Shown: piece by piece, positions 9,272-17,742 of the stretch
Layout of the letters: each line of letters begins with the position of its first letter
Numbering within the stretch: the stretch's first letter is position 1
DNA from: Acidimicrobiia bacterium
GTDB taxonomy: Bacteria; Actinomycetota; Acidimicrobiia; Spongiisociales; UBA5794
Assembly (NCBI GenBank): GCA_003235475.1
Contig: QJWC01000079.1
Coordinates: 15,335 to 79,334, forward strand
Reading direction: 5' to 3'
DNA length: 64,000 nucleotides
Program-made: the position numbers and the translations under genes
Notes under the pieces: model-generated
Seen by the model: only the letters and a program-made list of their open reading frames with translations
The model's database searches: none
Told to the model about the DNA's origin: nothing

Positions 9272-10285
9272 ATGCGCAAGTTCGTGAGTCGTCTTCTCGT
9301 GGGTCTCGCGGTTCTCCTCGCCGCGTCTGCGTGCGCTGCTACACGCCATACGAGCACGTCCAACGAGGTTCCGACATCGGTTTCTTCGACAACGCAGCTG
9401 CCCGAACCATCCACGACGACGACCGCCGATGCGCAGCAACCCGCGCGAACCGAGCCGTTCAGCATCGCGATCGGTCCCGAAGGCGTCACGTACCAGCGTG
9501 ACGGGGACCCTCCGAGCGGGCCATCGTCCTTCGTGGTTCTCGAAGACGGTTCCGTGGTTGTTGCCGACACCATGGCCGCGGATCGCGGAGAGCCTCGCCT
9601 TCTTCGGTACGACCGCCACGGCGTATTGCTTTCGGTCATCGACCTCGCGACGTTCGAGGTCGCGGCGATCGTTGATGTCGAGAAAGCGAACGGCACTCTC
9701 GTGGTACTCGACGTCCACACCGATCGGGCGATCTACAGGGTTCTCTCGATCGAACTGGACGGTGGATTGCGCTCGTCGACGGTGATTCCGGACGGCTCCC
9801 ACTTCGAGAACGGGCTGACAGGCCTGGCGTCGGACGATTCGGGCGTTCTCCTCGAGTTCGAGTTCGGGCGCAGATATGAGCGCCTCGCTTCGGATGGATC
9901 CTCGACGGAACAGGCGACGCTTGTACTCGGTGGCCACGAGGTGGAGGTCACTTCGGAAGCGTCCAAGGTCGCGACCGTGAGGGTTGGTGACGCACAGTGG
10001 GATGTCACGAGGCGCACCGATCTCGGTGGTGTGACGCTCGTCGGCGTTGCATCGGACACCATTGTCCTCGTGGTGGACGAGGTTGATACCTCCGGTGCGG
10101 CACTTTCCGTGACCCGCCGCGTGCAGCGGTACACGCTGTCGGGCGAACTGATCGGGGAGGTCGAGTTCGATGCCGGGGACCAGGAAGTCGACATCGCCAG
10201 GCCACTCGAGGTCGGCGCATTGGGCGACATCCTCCGCATGTGGGCTCGACCGGACCGGGTCGACATCGTTGTGCTGGCTCTCTGA
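9272..10285 (+). CDS. Secreted lipoprotein, function unknown
   Basis: 337 aa. Lipobox MRKFVSRLLVGLAVLLAASAC, a Thr/Ser/Pro linker, then a beta-rich body with repeated hydrophobic-Asp/Gly patterns (propeller-like impression only). Confidence 0.75.
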   Translation: MRKFVSRLLVGLAVLLAASACAATRHTSTSNEVPTSVSSTTQLPEPSTTTTADAQQPARTEPFSIAIGPEGVTYQRDGDPPSGPSSFVVLEDGSVVVADTMAADRGEPRLLRYDRHGVLLSVIDLATFEVAAIVDVEKANGTLVVLDVHTDRAIYRVLSIELDGGLRSSTVIPDGSHFENGLTGLASDDSGVLLEFEFGRRYERLASDGSSTEQATLVLGGHEVEVTSEASKVATVRVGDAQWDVTRRTDLGGVTLVGVASDTIVLVVDEVDTSGAALSVTRRVQRYTLSGELIGEVEFDAGDQEVDIARPLEVGALGDILRMWARPDRVDIVVLAL

Positions 10286-10368
10286 GAATTCGGCCTCGCT
10301 GCGGGAACCTGGCGGCACGGACCGGCGTCCAAACGACAGTCAACGGCTCCAACGGAGGGAGATCAATC

Positions 10369-10896
10369 ATGTGGAGACGCAACGTGTTTGTTGCAGTGGT
10401 CGTCGGAGCGCTGTTCGTCACTGCGTGCTCAGCAGCACCGGCAGATCAGGTCGTTCCCGATGACGACGGTTCAGGAGCTGCGTCCGGCGCGTGTCTGGCG
10501 GGCGACCCGAACTGCCTGGATACCGTCGTCGACGGTGAGTTCCCGACGGCAGGGGAGGAACCGGATGCGTTGCCTCCGGCCGATCCTTCGCCGACGTCGG
10601 GTGGCATGATCGTCGACCCACTTTCGATCGCAGAAGCACTTGCCTACGAAGGCTCGGAAGTGATCGCCGTGCAGGCGTTCGTCGTTCGCGTTGGGGACTC
10701 GGCGAGGCTCTGCGACGCCCTTGCTGAGTCCTTCCCGCCGCAGTGCGGAGGCGACAGCGTCGACATCCTCAACCCGGATGCAACGAGCGGCTTCACGCTG
10801 GTGGAAGAGGGATCGACACAGTGGTCGCCCGAGCCGGTGACGATGCTCGGCTCCATCTCAGCTGAAGGGTTCACGATCGACCCGAACTCCATCTGA
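10369..10896 (+). CDS. Small secreted lipoprotein, function unknown
   Basis: Internal ATG preceded by GGAGGGAG. Signal MWRRNVFVAVVVGALFVTAC. Several Cys pairs (CLAGDPNC, LCDALAESFPPQC). The upstream part of the 218-aa track ORF is not protein-like. Confidence 0.7.
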   Translation: MWRRNVFVAVVVGALFVTACSAAPADQVVPDDDGSGAASGACLAGDPNCLDTVVDGEFPTAGEEPDALPPADPSPTSGGMIVDPLSIAEALAYEGSEVIAVQAFVVRVGDSARLCDALAESFPPQCGGDSVDILNPDATSGFTLVEEGSTQWSPEPVTMLGSISAEGFTIDPNSI

Positions 10897-10984
10897 CGCC
10901 ACCCACACAGGCGGACATGACCGCGGCTCCTTCGACCCGTATTCTTCGGTTCGGAGGAGCCCCGGTCGGCGGAGGTGAAACACC

Positions 10985-11458
10985 GTGAGGAGCATCCGCG
11001 TGCTGGTGATGGCGATCGTCGTCGCCGTTGCCGGGTCCGCGTGTACCACCGATGCCGAGTTCGAGTGTCCCGTCACGATCCCATTCACGCCAGCCTTCGT
11101 TCCGCCCGAGCCTTTTCCGCCACAACCATCGACAGACGGAATGGTCTGGTTCGGGACAGCCGACCTGTGGACGTCCCTTCCGACAGACGGTGCGTATGAG
11201 ATCCGCAAGAGCGTGTGGTGGAGCCAGCATTACACGGACCCTGGCGTGGATCCCTTCCCCGAGATCGATGTCGTGTGGCACCGTCTCGACGTCGAGGCCG
11301 AGGACATTTCGAACGGAGGTCTCGGAACGAACGGGTCGACGGCCGACCGAACCTTCATCATTGCGGGAATCGATCCCAACCGTTCCGGCTGTTGGAAGGT
11401 GACGGCGACCTTTGGCGAGGCGTCGCTCGCGTACGTCTACCAGCACGGCACCGGTTGA
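10985..11458 (+). CDS. Small secreted lipoprotein, function unknown
   Basis: 157 aa from a GTG start. Signal MRSIRVLVMAIVVAVAGSAC. Trp/Pro-rich mature part. No recognised motif. Confidence 0.7.
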   Translation: MRSIRVLVMAIVVAVAGSACTTDAEFECPVTIPFTPAFVPPEPFPPQPSTDGMVWFGTADLWTSLPTDGAYEIRKSVWWSQHYTDPGVDPFPEIDVVWHRLDVEAEDISNGGLGTNGSTADRTFIIAGIDPNRSGCWKVTATFGEASLAYVYQHGTG

Positions 11459-11467
11459 CCGCTTGGT

Positions 11468-12208
11468 CTACCGATCGGGAAGCGGGCCACCCGGCGTCCA
11501 CACCCCGCCCTCGGCGGGCGGCAGGAGCTGCTTGATGGGCTTCGCGGGAACGCCACCGACGACCGTGTACTCGTCGACATCGTTCGTGACCACCGAGTTG
11601 GCGCCAACGATGCAGCGGTAGCCGATAGAGACTCCAGCCATCACGACGGTGTTGTATCCGAGGACCGTATTGCTGCCGATCGACACCGGCTTGCCGCTCC
11701 GTCCGCCCACTGCGATCGGCACCGAGAAGTCGTCGAACGGGTGCGTGTGGGTCTCGATCGTCACACCGGCGGCAACCATCACGTACGACCCGATGTCGAT
11801 GTCTTCCCGGTCGTCGAGCATCACGTACCGATTGATGAGCGATCCTTCACCGATCGAGATGTTCGCGCCGCGCGAGAACAGGACGTTGTGGTGGAAGATC
11901 ACGTCGTCCGCGCACGAACGGAAGATGCGCTTTGCAAGCATCCGGCGGAGGGGGAGCGCCAGCCCTTGGACCATCGCTGCTGGCGTCCGGTCGAACATTC
12001 GCCAGAACAAGGTGAGGGGGAGCGTGTCATCGATCACGTCCGAGGGCCCTGTGCCGCGGAAGGGGTCGGTGGGCATGGTGACTGTCGAAGCGGACACGGC
12101 TGCTCCGGCTGCGTCATTGAGTTCGTCGAGCAGGTCAGCAGCCCTTCGGGGGACGGCACCGCCGTCGAGTTCGCGTTCGAACGAGGCGAGTATCGACTCG
12201 ATGTCCAT
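11468..12208 (-). CDS. Hexapeptide-repeat (LbH) acetyltransferase
   Basis: The C-terminal half has left-handed beta-helix hexapeptide repeats: IGSYVMVAAGVTI, IGSNTVLGYNTVVMAGVSIGYRCIVGANSVV, ending VVGGVPAKPIK. This is typical of the maltose/galactoside O-acetyltransferase (WbbJ-like) family. Start overlaps the stop of the GT2 gene. Confidence 0.85.
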   Translation of the reverse strand: MDIESILASFERELDGGAVPRRAADLLDELNDAAGAAVSASTVTMPTDPFRGTGPSDVIDDTLPLTLFWRMFDRTPAAMVQGLALPLRRMLAKRIFRSCADDVIFHHNVLFSRGANISIGEGSLINRYVMLDDREDIDIGSYVMVAAGVTIETHTHPFDDFSVPIAVGGRSGKPVSIGSNTVLGYNTVVMAGVSIGYRCIVGANSVVTNDVDEYTVVGGVPAKPIKQLLPPAEGGVWTPGGPLPDR

Positions 12209-12999
12209 CAGGCGGCGCGTTCCAGGGCAGGGCGACCCCTGTGCGTCACCAGCCTCACGGTGCCACGGGCGATAGCCACCGCGTATTGCGAGATGACGTT
12301 GATCCTTCCCAGAGCTGGGCCGAAACGTGCGCCCATCTTCGAGGTCCCTGCCCCGTAAATCCGCCTGATCGGCACCTCGGCGACCCGGAGGCGGAGCCTC
12401 GCCGCCTCGAATGCCATTTCGAGCTCGGTTTCGTACCGGTCACCGACGAACTCCATGGTCGACATGGCTCCTGGGGACAGGCAGCGATACCCCGAGAACG
12501 GGTCGGTGATCGAGACGTGAAGAATGCGCCTGAGCATGCCGCGGACCATACACCTCACCGCGTAGCGGTTCCGGGGCGTGTTGCAGCGTGACGGGTCGAT
12601 CAGGTAGCGAGAGCCGACGACCATATCGGCGCGGTCGGCCATGACTGGTTCGACGACCCTTCGCAGGTCAGCAGGGTCGTGCTGGCCATCGGTGTCCATG
12701 AAGACCACGGCTGACGGACACCCGTCCCTGGCGGCCGCGAGGCCGACCTTCATCGCAGCGCCCTTGCCGGCGTTGCCGGACAGCCGTATGACGGCGACGC
12801 CGTGGTCCTCGGCTCGCTTCGCCGTGGCGTCGGTTGATCCGTCGTCGACGACCAACACGTGAACGCGCTCACCGAACAGGAGCAAGGGCAGCCGCTCGAG
12901 CACCGAACCGATTCGGCTGGCCTCGTTGTACGCGGGCATCACGACGGTGATCACGTTTTCCAGCATATTCGATAATTCCATGAGTTGCAGAGTCAGCAA
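12208..12999 (-). CDS. Glycosyltransferase family 2
   Basis: ITVVMPAYNEASRIGSVLERL ... VLVVDDGSTDAT ... SGNAGKGAAMKVGL ... DTDGQHDP are the GT2 (DPM/DPG-synthase-like) motifs. The true start may be the ATG at 12981 or 12966. Confidence 0.88.
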   Translation of the reverse strand: MLTLQLMELSNMLENVITVVMPAYNEASRIGSVLERLPLLLFGERVHVLVVDDGSTDATAKRAEDHGVAVIRLSGNAGKGAAMKVGLAAARDGCPSAVVFMDTDGQHDPADLRRVVEPVMADRADMVVGSRYLIDPSRCNTPRNRYAVRCMVRGMLRRILHVSITDPFSGYRCLSPGAMSTMEFVGDRYETELEMAFEAARLRLRVAEVPIRRIYGAGTSKMGARFGPALGRINVISQYAVAIARGTVRLVTHRGRPALERAA

Positions 13000-13097
13000 C
13001 TAAGAGTCTCTCAGGCTTGGGTACCCGACCGCTGACACGTGCCGGAGCGATGCTCGAATTCGGCACAGGTACCATCGTGTCAGCCACCGGAGGACGG

Positions 13098-14552
13098 ATG
13101 AATCTCAACGACCCCACACTGATCAGGACCCAGGCCTACATCGACGGCACCTGGGTCGATGGCGACGCCGGCGAGACGTTCGACGTGATCGACCCGGCAA
13201 CGGGTTCCCTCGTTGCGAGCGTGGCAGATGTCGGCAGGGACGAAACGGCACGAGCGATCGACGCGGCCGAGGTCGCGCGGCACCCCTGGGCGCGGCGAAC
13301 GACGAAGGATCGTGGTGCGGTCCTTCGCCTTTGGGCCGATCTGCTCAAGGAGAACGCAGAAGATCTCGCGCTGATCATGACCACGGAGATGGGGAAGCCG
13401 ATCGGCGAGTCCCGCGGTGAGGTCTTCTACGCCGCGAGCTTCATCGACTGGTTCGCAGAGGAGGCAAAGAGGGCGTACGGGGACGTGATCCCGACGCACG
13501 ACCCATCCAAGCGGCTTCTCACGCTGCGCCAGCCCGTCGGCGTGGTGGGAACGATCACCCCTTGGAACTTCCCGCTCGCGATGATCACCCGCAAACTCGG
13601 ACCTGCCCTCGCCGCCGGGTGTTCCGCGGTCGTCAAACCGGCGGCGCTGTCGCCCCTTTCGGCTCTTGCTGCGATCGAACTCGCGACGCGTGCTGGAGTC
13701 CCGGCTGGACTCCTGAACGTGGTCCCGAGCTCGCACGCCGCTCCGATCGGCACGGAGCTGACCACGAATCCGAAGGTTCGGAAGATCTCGTTCACCGGGT
13801 CGACGGGTGTTGGCAAGCTGCTGTTGCAGCAGGCGGCTGGCACGGTGAAGAACGTGTCGATGGAGTTGGGCGGCAACGCACCTTTCATCGTCTTCGACGA
13901 CGCCGACCTCGATGCGGCCGTCGAAGGGGTCATCCACTCCAAGTACCGCAACGCGGGCCAGACGTGTGTCTGCGCGAATCGAATCTTCGTGCAGGACTCG
14001 GTCTACGACGACTTCGCCAAGCGGCTCGCGTACGCCGTCCAGGACCTCAAGGTCGGCGTCGGTACCGACGCTGACACCGACATCGGGCCTCTCGTCAACG
14101 ACGCGGCCCTCGAGAAGGTGGAGCAGCTCGTCGCCGATGCGTGCGAGGCGGGGGCCAAGACGATGACCGGCGGCAAGCGTCACGAACTCGGCCGCACGTT
14201 CTACGAGGTGACCGTGTTGACTGATGTCACAACCGACATGGCCATCGCGAACGAGGAGATCTTCGGTCCCGTCGCTCCGCTCTTCCGGTTTTCGACGGAG
14301 GAGGAGGCGATCGAGGCAGCGAACGACACGCCCTTCGGGCTCGCGTCCTACTTCTACGCGTCCGACCTCGGCCGTATCTGGAGGGTGTCCGAGGGACTCG
14401 ACTACGGGATGGTCGGTGTCAACACCGGCCTCATCTCGACCGAGATCGCACCGTTCGGCGGGTACAAGGAGTCGGGTATCGGTCGCGAGGGATCACATGA
14501 GGGGCTCGACGAGTACCTCGAGACCAAGTACGTCGCGATGGGTGGGATCTAG
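13098..14552 (+). CDS. gabD: Succinate-semialdehyde dehydrogenase (NAD(P)+)
   Basis: Near full-length colinearity with the E. coli GabD sequence as I recall it: MNLNDPTLIRTQAYIDGTWVD..., ITPWNFPLAMITRKLGPALAAGC, ELGGNAPFIVFDDADLD, FRNAGQTCVCANR, EETFGP-type EEIFGPVAPLFRF. Start at the internal ATG MNLND. Confidence 0.92.
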   Translation: MNLNDPTLIRTQAYIDGTWVDGDAGETFDVIDPATGSLVASVADVGRDETARAIDAAEVARHPWARRTTKDRGAVLRLWADLLKENAEDLALIMTTEMGKPIGESRGEVFYAASFIDWFAEEAKRAYGDVIPTHDPSKRLLTLRQPVGVVGTITPWNFPLAMITRKLGPALAAGCSAVVKPAALSPLSALAAIELATRAGVPAGLLNVVPSSHAAPIGTELTTNPKVRKISFTGSTGVGKLLLQQAAGTVKNVSMELGGNAPFIVFDDADLDAAVEGVIHSKYRNAGQTCVCANRIFVQDSVYDDFAKRLAYAVQDLKVGVGTDADTDIGPLVNDAALEKVEQLVADACEAGAKTMTGGKRHELGRTFYEVTVLTDVTTDMAIANEEIFGPVAPLFRFSTEEEAIEAANDTPFGLASYFYASDLGRIWRVSEGLDYGMVGVNTGLISTEIAPFGGYKESGIGREGSHEGLDEYLETKYVAMGGI

Positions 14553-14780
14553 CGCCGCGTCCCCTGGACCGCACTGCGCGTCGCGCCCCCGCGAGCTCGT
14601 GGCGTTGAGCGTTCCCGATCCTCGTGCTCGGGCCGGTCGTGGGAACGGTCGCAATGGTGCGCCTCGAGGGGAGTTCGTTTGCTTTCTCCCTTGCCGGTGG
14701 GCGCGGTTGAACATCGATATGATCGACCGAACGGCAACCCCCCGAGAGTTGCTGCTGTCGAATCGACCAAAGGACGTCAC

Positions 14781-15317
14781 ATGTCGGATCCCGTAAGCGT
14801 TGGATTGTTGATTCTTCGACTCATACTGGGAGTCGTCTTTCTCGCCCACGGCGTCAAACACGCACTCGGACGTGAGAAGACGACGAACTGGTTCCGGTCG
14901 ATCGGGTTCAAGGCACCCGGGTTTCAATGGATGGCGTCGACGGCGACGGAGCTCGGCGTCGGTGTGATGCTCGTCCTCGGACTCGGAACGTCGCTTGCCG
15001 CGGCGGGTGTGATCGGCATCATGTCGGTCGCGTTCTGGACCGTGCATCGCCCGGCGGGGTTCTTCATCACGGGCTTCATGAAGGAAGGGATCGACGTTGA
15101 AGGGTATGAGTACGTCTTGACGCTTGCCCTCGCTGCCGCTGCCGTTGGAATCGCGGGGGCTGGCGAGTACTCGATCGATTCGGGGCTCACACTCGGTGAC
15201 GAGTCGCTGCTGGCGGCGTTGTCCGGCAACACGGGCCTTGTGCTCGTGGCTGTCGGCGTCGTCACCGCCATCGTCCAGATCGCCGTGTTCTGGCGACCCA
15301 AGGCGGTCAGCCGCTAG
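14781..15317 (+). CDS. DoxX family membrane protein
   Basis: MSDPVSVGLLILRLILGVVFLAHGVKH is the typical DoxX N-terminus. Four hydrophobic helices. Start at an internal ATG of the 212-aa track ORF. Confidence 0.8.
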   Translation: MSDPVSVGLLILRLILGVVFLAHGVKHALGREKTTNWFRSIGFKAPGFQWMASTATELGVGVMLVLGLGTSLAAAGVIGIMSVAFWTVHRPAGFFITGFMKEGIDVEGYEYVLTLALAAAAVGIAGAGEYSIDSGLTLGDESLLAALSGNTGLVLVAVGVVTAIVQIAVFWRPKAVSR

Positions 15318-15329
15318 GAGTACCAGCGG

Positions 15330-15827
15330 TCAGTGGCCGCGGCGGGTCCCGCCGTACTTCATGCGGGTGTCGGACATCGACGCTGCCCGGGCTTCGTCGT
15401 CGTTCACGCCTGCGCCTTTCAGCTCCCCGATGAAGAAGGTGTGGCTGCCGCAATCGACGGCCTGTGTGACCTCGCATTCCATCCACGCGATTGCATCAGC
15501 AAAGACGGGGACGCCGGTGGAGCCCTCTTCGATGTCGTAACCGTTGAGGGTCATGCCGTCTTTCGCGGCTGGCTTCGAGAACTTCACGAAGGGCCTTGTG
15601 TTCTCTGCGTCCCAGAGGTTCACGGAAAAGGCACCACCCTCCGCGATGAGTCGATGGGTCACAGCGACCTTGTCGATCCCGACGCCGATGAGCACCGGCT
15701 CCTGGGCGACCTGCGTGATCCACGACGTCGTCATTCCATTCCATTCGTCGCCGTGCCGGGAGCCGACGAGCGCAAGCGCGTTCGGAATCTTCCATGTGAC
15801 TTTGTTGATGATTTCGGCATCGAGCAT
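15330..15827 (-). CDS. Flavin reductase-like FMN-binding domain protein
   Basis: 165 aa from MLDAEIINKV. ALVGSRHGDEWNGMTTSWITQVAQEPVLIGVGI and FSVNL ... are the flavin reductase (HpaC/NADH:FMN oxidoreductase) fold motifs. The longer 238-aa ORF has a Ser/Thr/Arg-rich, non-coding-like head. Confidence 0.8.
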   Translation of the reverse strand: MLDAEIINKVTWKIPNALALVGSRHGDEWNGMTTSWITQVAQEPVLIGVGIDKVAVTHRLIAEGGAFSVNLWDAENTRPFVKFSKPAAKDGMTLNGYDIEEGSTGVPVFADAIAWMECEVTQAVDCGSHTFFIGELKGAGVNDDEARAASMSDTRMKYGGTRRGH

Positions 15828-15873
15828 GGTTGCCCCCTTCGATGCCGAGGCTACCGGCCCAGGTCGGGTGGGC

Positions 15874-16440
15874 TTACGCCTCGTAGAGACAGATGCGGGT
15901 CGCGATGTCGATTTCGCCGGTTTGCTCGAGGTCGCACCCTGACTGCAGCTTCTTGATGGCTGCCGTCGTGCCGGCGCCGAAGTCGCCGTCGATGGGGCCG
16001 GAGTACAAGTTGAGGTCTTTGAGCTTCTCCTGGATGTCCTCGACATACGCGGTGTCCGCGAGGAGCTTCGGGACCAGTCTGCTGTCGGTCACGGGTCCGA
16101 ACTCACCATCGGCTTCGATGCCGTTGTCCGATTGGAACTTCGCGATCGCGGCCTGCGTCTCCTCACCCGCGATCCCGTCGACGGTGCCCGTGAAGTAGCC
16201 GAGTGCCATGAGATCGAGTTGCACGACGACGGTCGTGACGGTCGCTGGCTGCCGTGGAATCGTGGTCGTGGTTGTCCCGAGGGTGGTTGTCGTGACGGTC
16301 GTCGCGACCGGGATGGTGGTCGTGGTCGAGGTCTCGACCGGTGCGGTTGTGGTTGTTTCAGGATCAGATCCGTCACCTCCACACGCCGTGCCCAAGAGCG
16401 CGAAGGCGAGGCACACGATCCCAGTTCGTGTCAGCGACAT
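15874..16440 (-). CDS. Lipoprotein with two peptidoglycan-binding (PG_binding_1-like) repeats
   Basis: Lipobox MSLTRTGIVCLAFALLGTAC and a long Thr-rich linker. Two repeats of the pattern LxxLGYxxGxxDGxxGxxTxxAIxxFQ (LMALGYFTGTVDGIAGEETQAAIAKFQ; LKDLNLYSGPIDGDFGAGTTAAIKKLQ). Confidence 0.82.
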   Translation of the reverse strand: MSLTRTGIVCLAFALLGTACGGDGSDPETTTTAPVETSTTTTIPVATTVTTTTLGTTTTTIPRQPATVTTVVVQLDLMALGYFTGTVDGIAGEETQAAIAKFQSDNGIEADGEFGPVTDSRLVPKLLADTAYVEDIQEKLKDLNLYSGPIDGDFGAGTTAAIKKLQSGCDLEQTGEIDIATRICLYEA

Positions 16441-16605
16441 ACCTCTCCCGTGCGCTGTCTCGCAGGCTGCGGTGCTGCAGCGCCCAGCACCCAGACAGTT
16501 CCCTTCCTGTCGTTACGACGAAACGAGCCTACATGACGCGTCGATGCCTTGCCCAGGGACCACACATGTCCTCAGGTGGCAATGCAACCTGCCGATAAAT
16601 GGCTG

Positions 16606-17631
16606 ATGAAGACAAGGTCGGCCCTCACGATTGTCGCGATCCTCACCACCGTGTTCGCTGCGGTTCCCGGTATCGCCTCCGCATACGATCTGGGCGAGGA
16701 CGTCTCGTATCCGCTCGTCTTCCCGGTCGACGGCGAACACCACTTCTCGGACACCTTCTGGGCCGGGCGGAGCCATGGATTCCACACCGGTCAGGACATC
16801 ATGGCCGACAAGATGACCCCGGTCGTTGCCGTCGCGGCAGGTGTTGTCAAGTACGTCAACTGGACGGTGCACGAAGACATGAACCCGGATCGGTGCTGTT
16901 CGCTCGTCATCCTCCATGACGACGGATGGGAGAGCTGGTACATCCACCTCGACAACGACACGACGGGCACGGACGACGGCAAGGGCTGGGGCATCAAGCG
17001 TGACATCAAGCCCGGCGTTCGTGTGGCCGCAGGGCAACACATCGCATGGGTCGGGGACAGCGGCAACGCGGAGAACACGGCCCCGCACCTCCACTTCGAG
17101 CTTCACGATCCGACGGGCAACGTCGTCAATCCCTACAGTTCCCTCGTCGCCGCCGGGGGCAACGACGTGGGAAGCGGCCCACGGGATCCGTTGATCGGCG
17201 GCGCACGCGTCCTGCAGAAGGGCCTCAGCGGCGCCGACGTGCGGGAGCTCCAGACGGCACTCAGCGAGCTCGGTTACCGCGTCGGCCCGATCGACAGCAA
17301 GTTCGGCTCGCTGACGGACGCGGCCGTGCGAGCGTTCCAAAAGAAGGTCGGACTCGTCGTGGACGGGCTCGTTGGGCGCTCCACGAAGGCGGCGATCGCA
17401 GGCCTCGAGCGTTCGAACGACGATCCCGAGATGTTGTCCCTCGGATCGCGCGGCGGCGCTGTCGCCACGCTCCAGAGGGCGCTTGCGGACAACGGCTTCG
17501 ACCCCGGACCAGCAGACGGGATCTTCGGGCCACTGACGCTGTCGGCCGTGCTCGGATTCCAGAAGTATCACGACCTGTGGGTGGACGGCCTCGTCGGTCC
17601 ACGCACCCAGGGTGCCCTTGGCATGATCTAG
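16606..17631 (+). CDS. M23 family metallopeptidase with two C-terminal peptidoglycan-binding domains
   Basis: Signal MKTRSALTIVAILTTVFAAVPGIASA. M23 motifs HTGQDI and GDSGNAENTAPHLHFELH. Two PG_binding_1-like repeats follow (LQTALSELGYRVGPIDSKFGSLTDAAVRAFQ; LQRALADNGFDPGPADGIFGPLTLSAVLGFQ). Confidence 0.9.
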   Translation: MKTRSALTIVAILTTVFAAVPGIASAYDLGEDVSYPLVFPVDGEHHFSDTFWAGRSHGFHTGQDIMADKMTPVVAVAAGVVKYVNWTVHEDMNPDRCCSLVILHDDGWESWYIHLDNDTTGTDDGKGWGIKRDIKPGVRVAAGQHIAWVGDSGNAENTAPHLHFELHDPTGNVVNPYSSLVAAGGNDVGSGPRDPLIGGARVLQKGLSGADVRELQTALSELGYRVGPIDSKFGSLTDAAVRAFQKKVGLVVDGLVGRSTKAAIAGLERSNDDPEMLSLGSRGGAVATLQRALADNGFDPGPADGIFGPLTLSAVLGFQKYHDLWVDGLVGPRTQGALGMI

Positions 17632-17742
17632 CCGTGGAAGGACGGCCCGCCGGCCACCCGGGCGGCGCGTTCTCTGAATGCATCCGGTGTGCCGGCGTAG
17701 GCTTTCTTGCAGGGTTCGACAAGGGCGAACTGCCAGGAGTTC

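Noticed and set aside
8957-10318. 453-aa minus-strand ORF
   Set aside because: It is antisense to the small protein and the 337-aa lipoprotein, which have SD sites and lipobox signals. Its product is Arg/Glu/His-rich.
13080-14183. 367-aa minus-strand ORF
   Set aside because: It is antisense to gabD, which is colinear with E. coli GabD.
14553-14780. 228-bp gap between gabD and the DoxX gene examined for a small gene or RNA
   Set aside because: It holds only short GC-rich hairpins (for example GCAAC-N9-GTTGC at about 14731-14749) and an 18-codon ORF without an SD. Nothing there is supportable.
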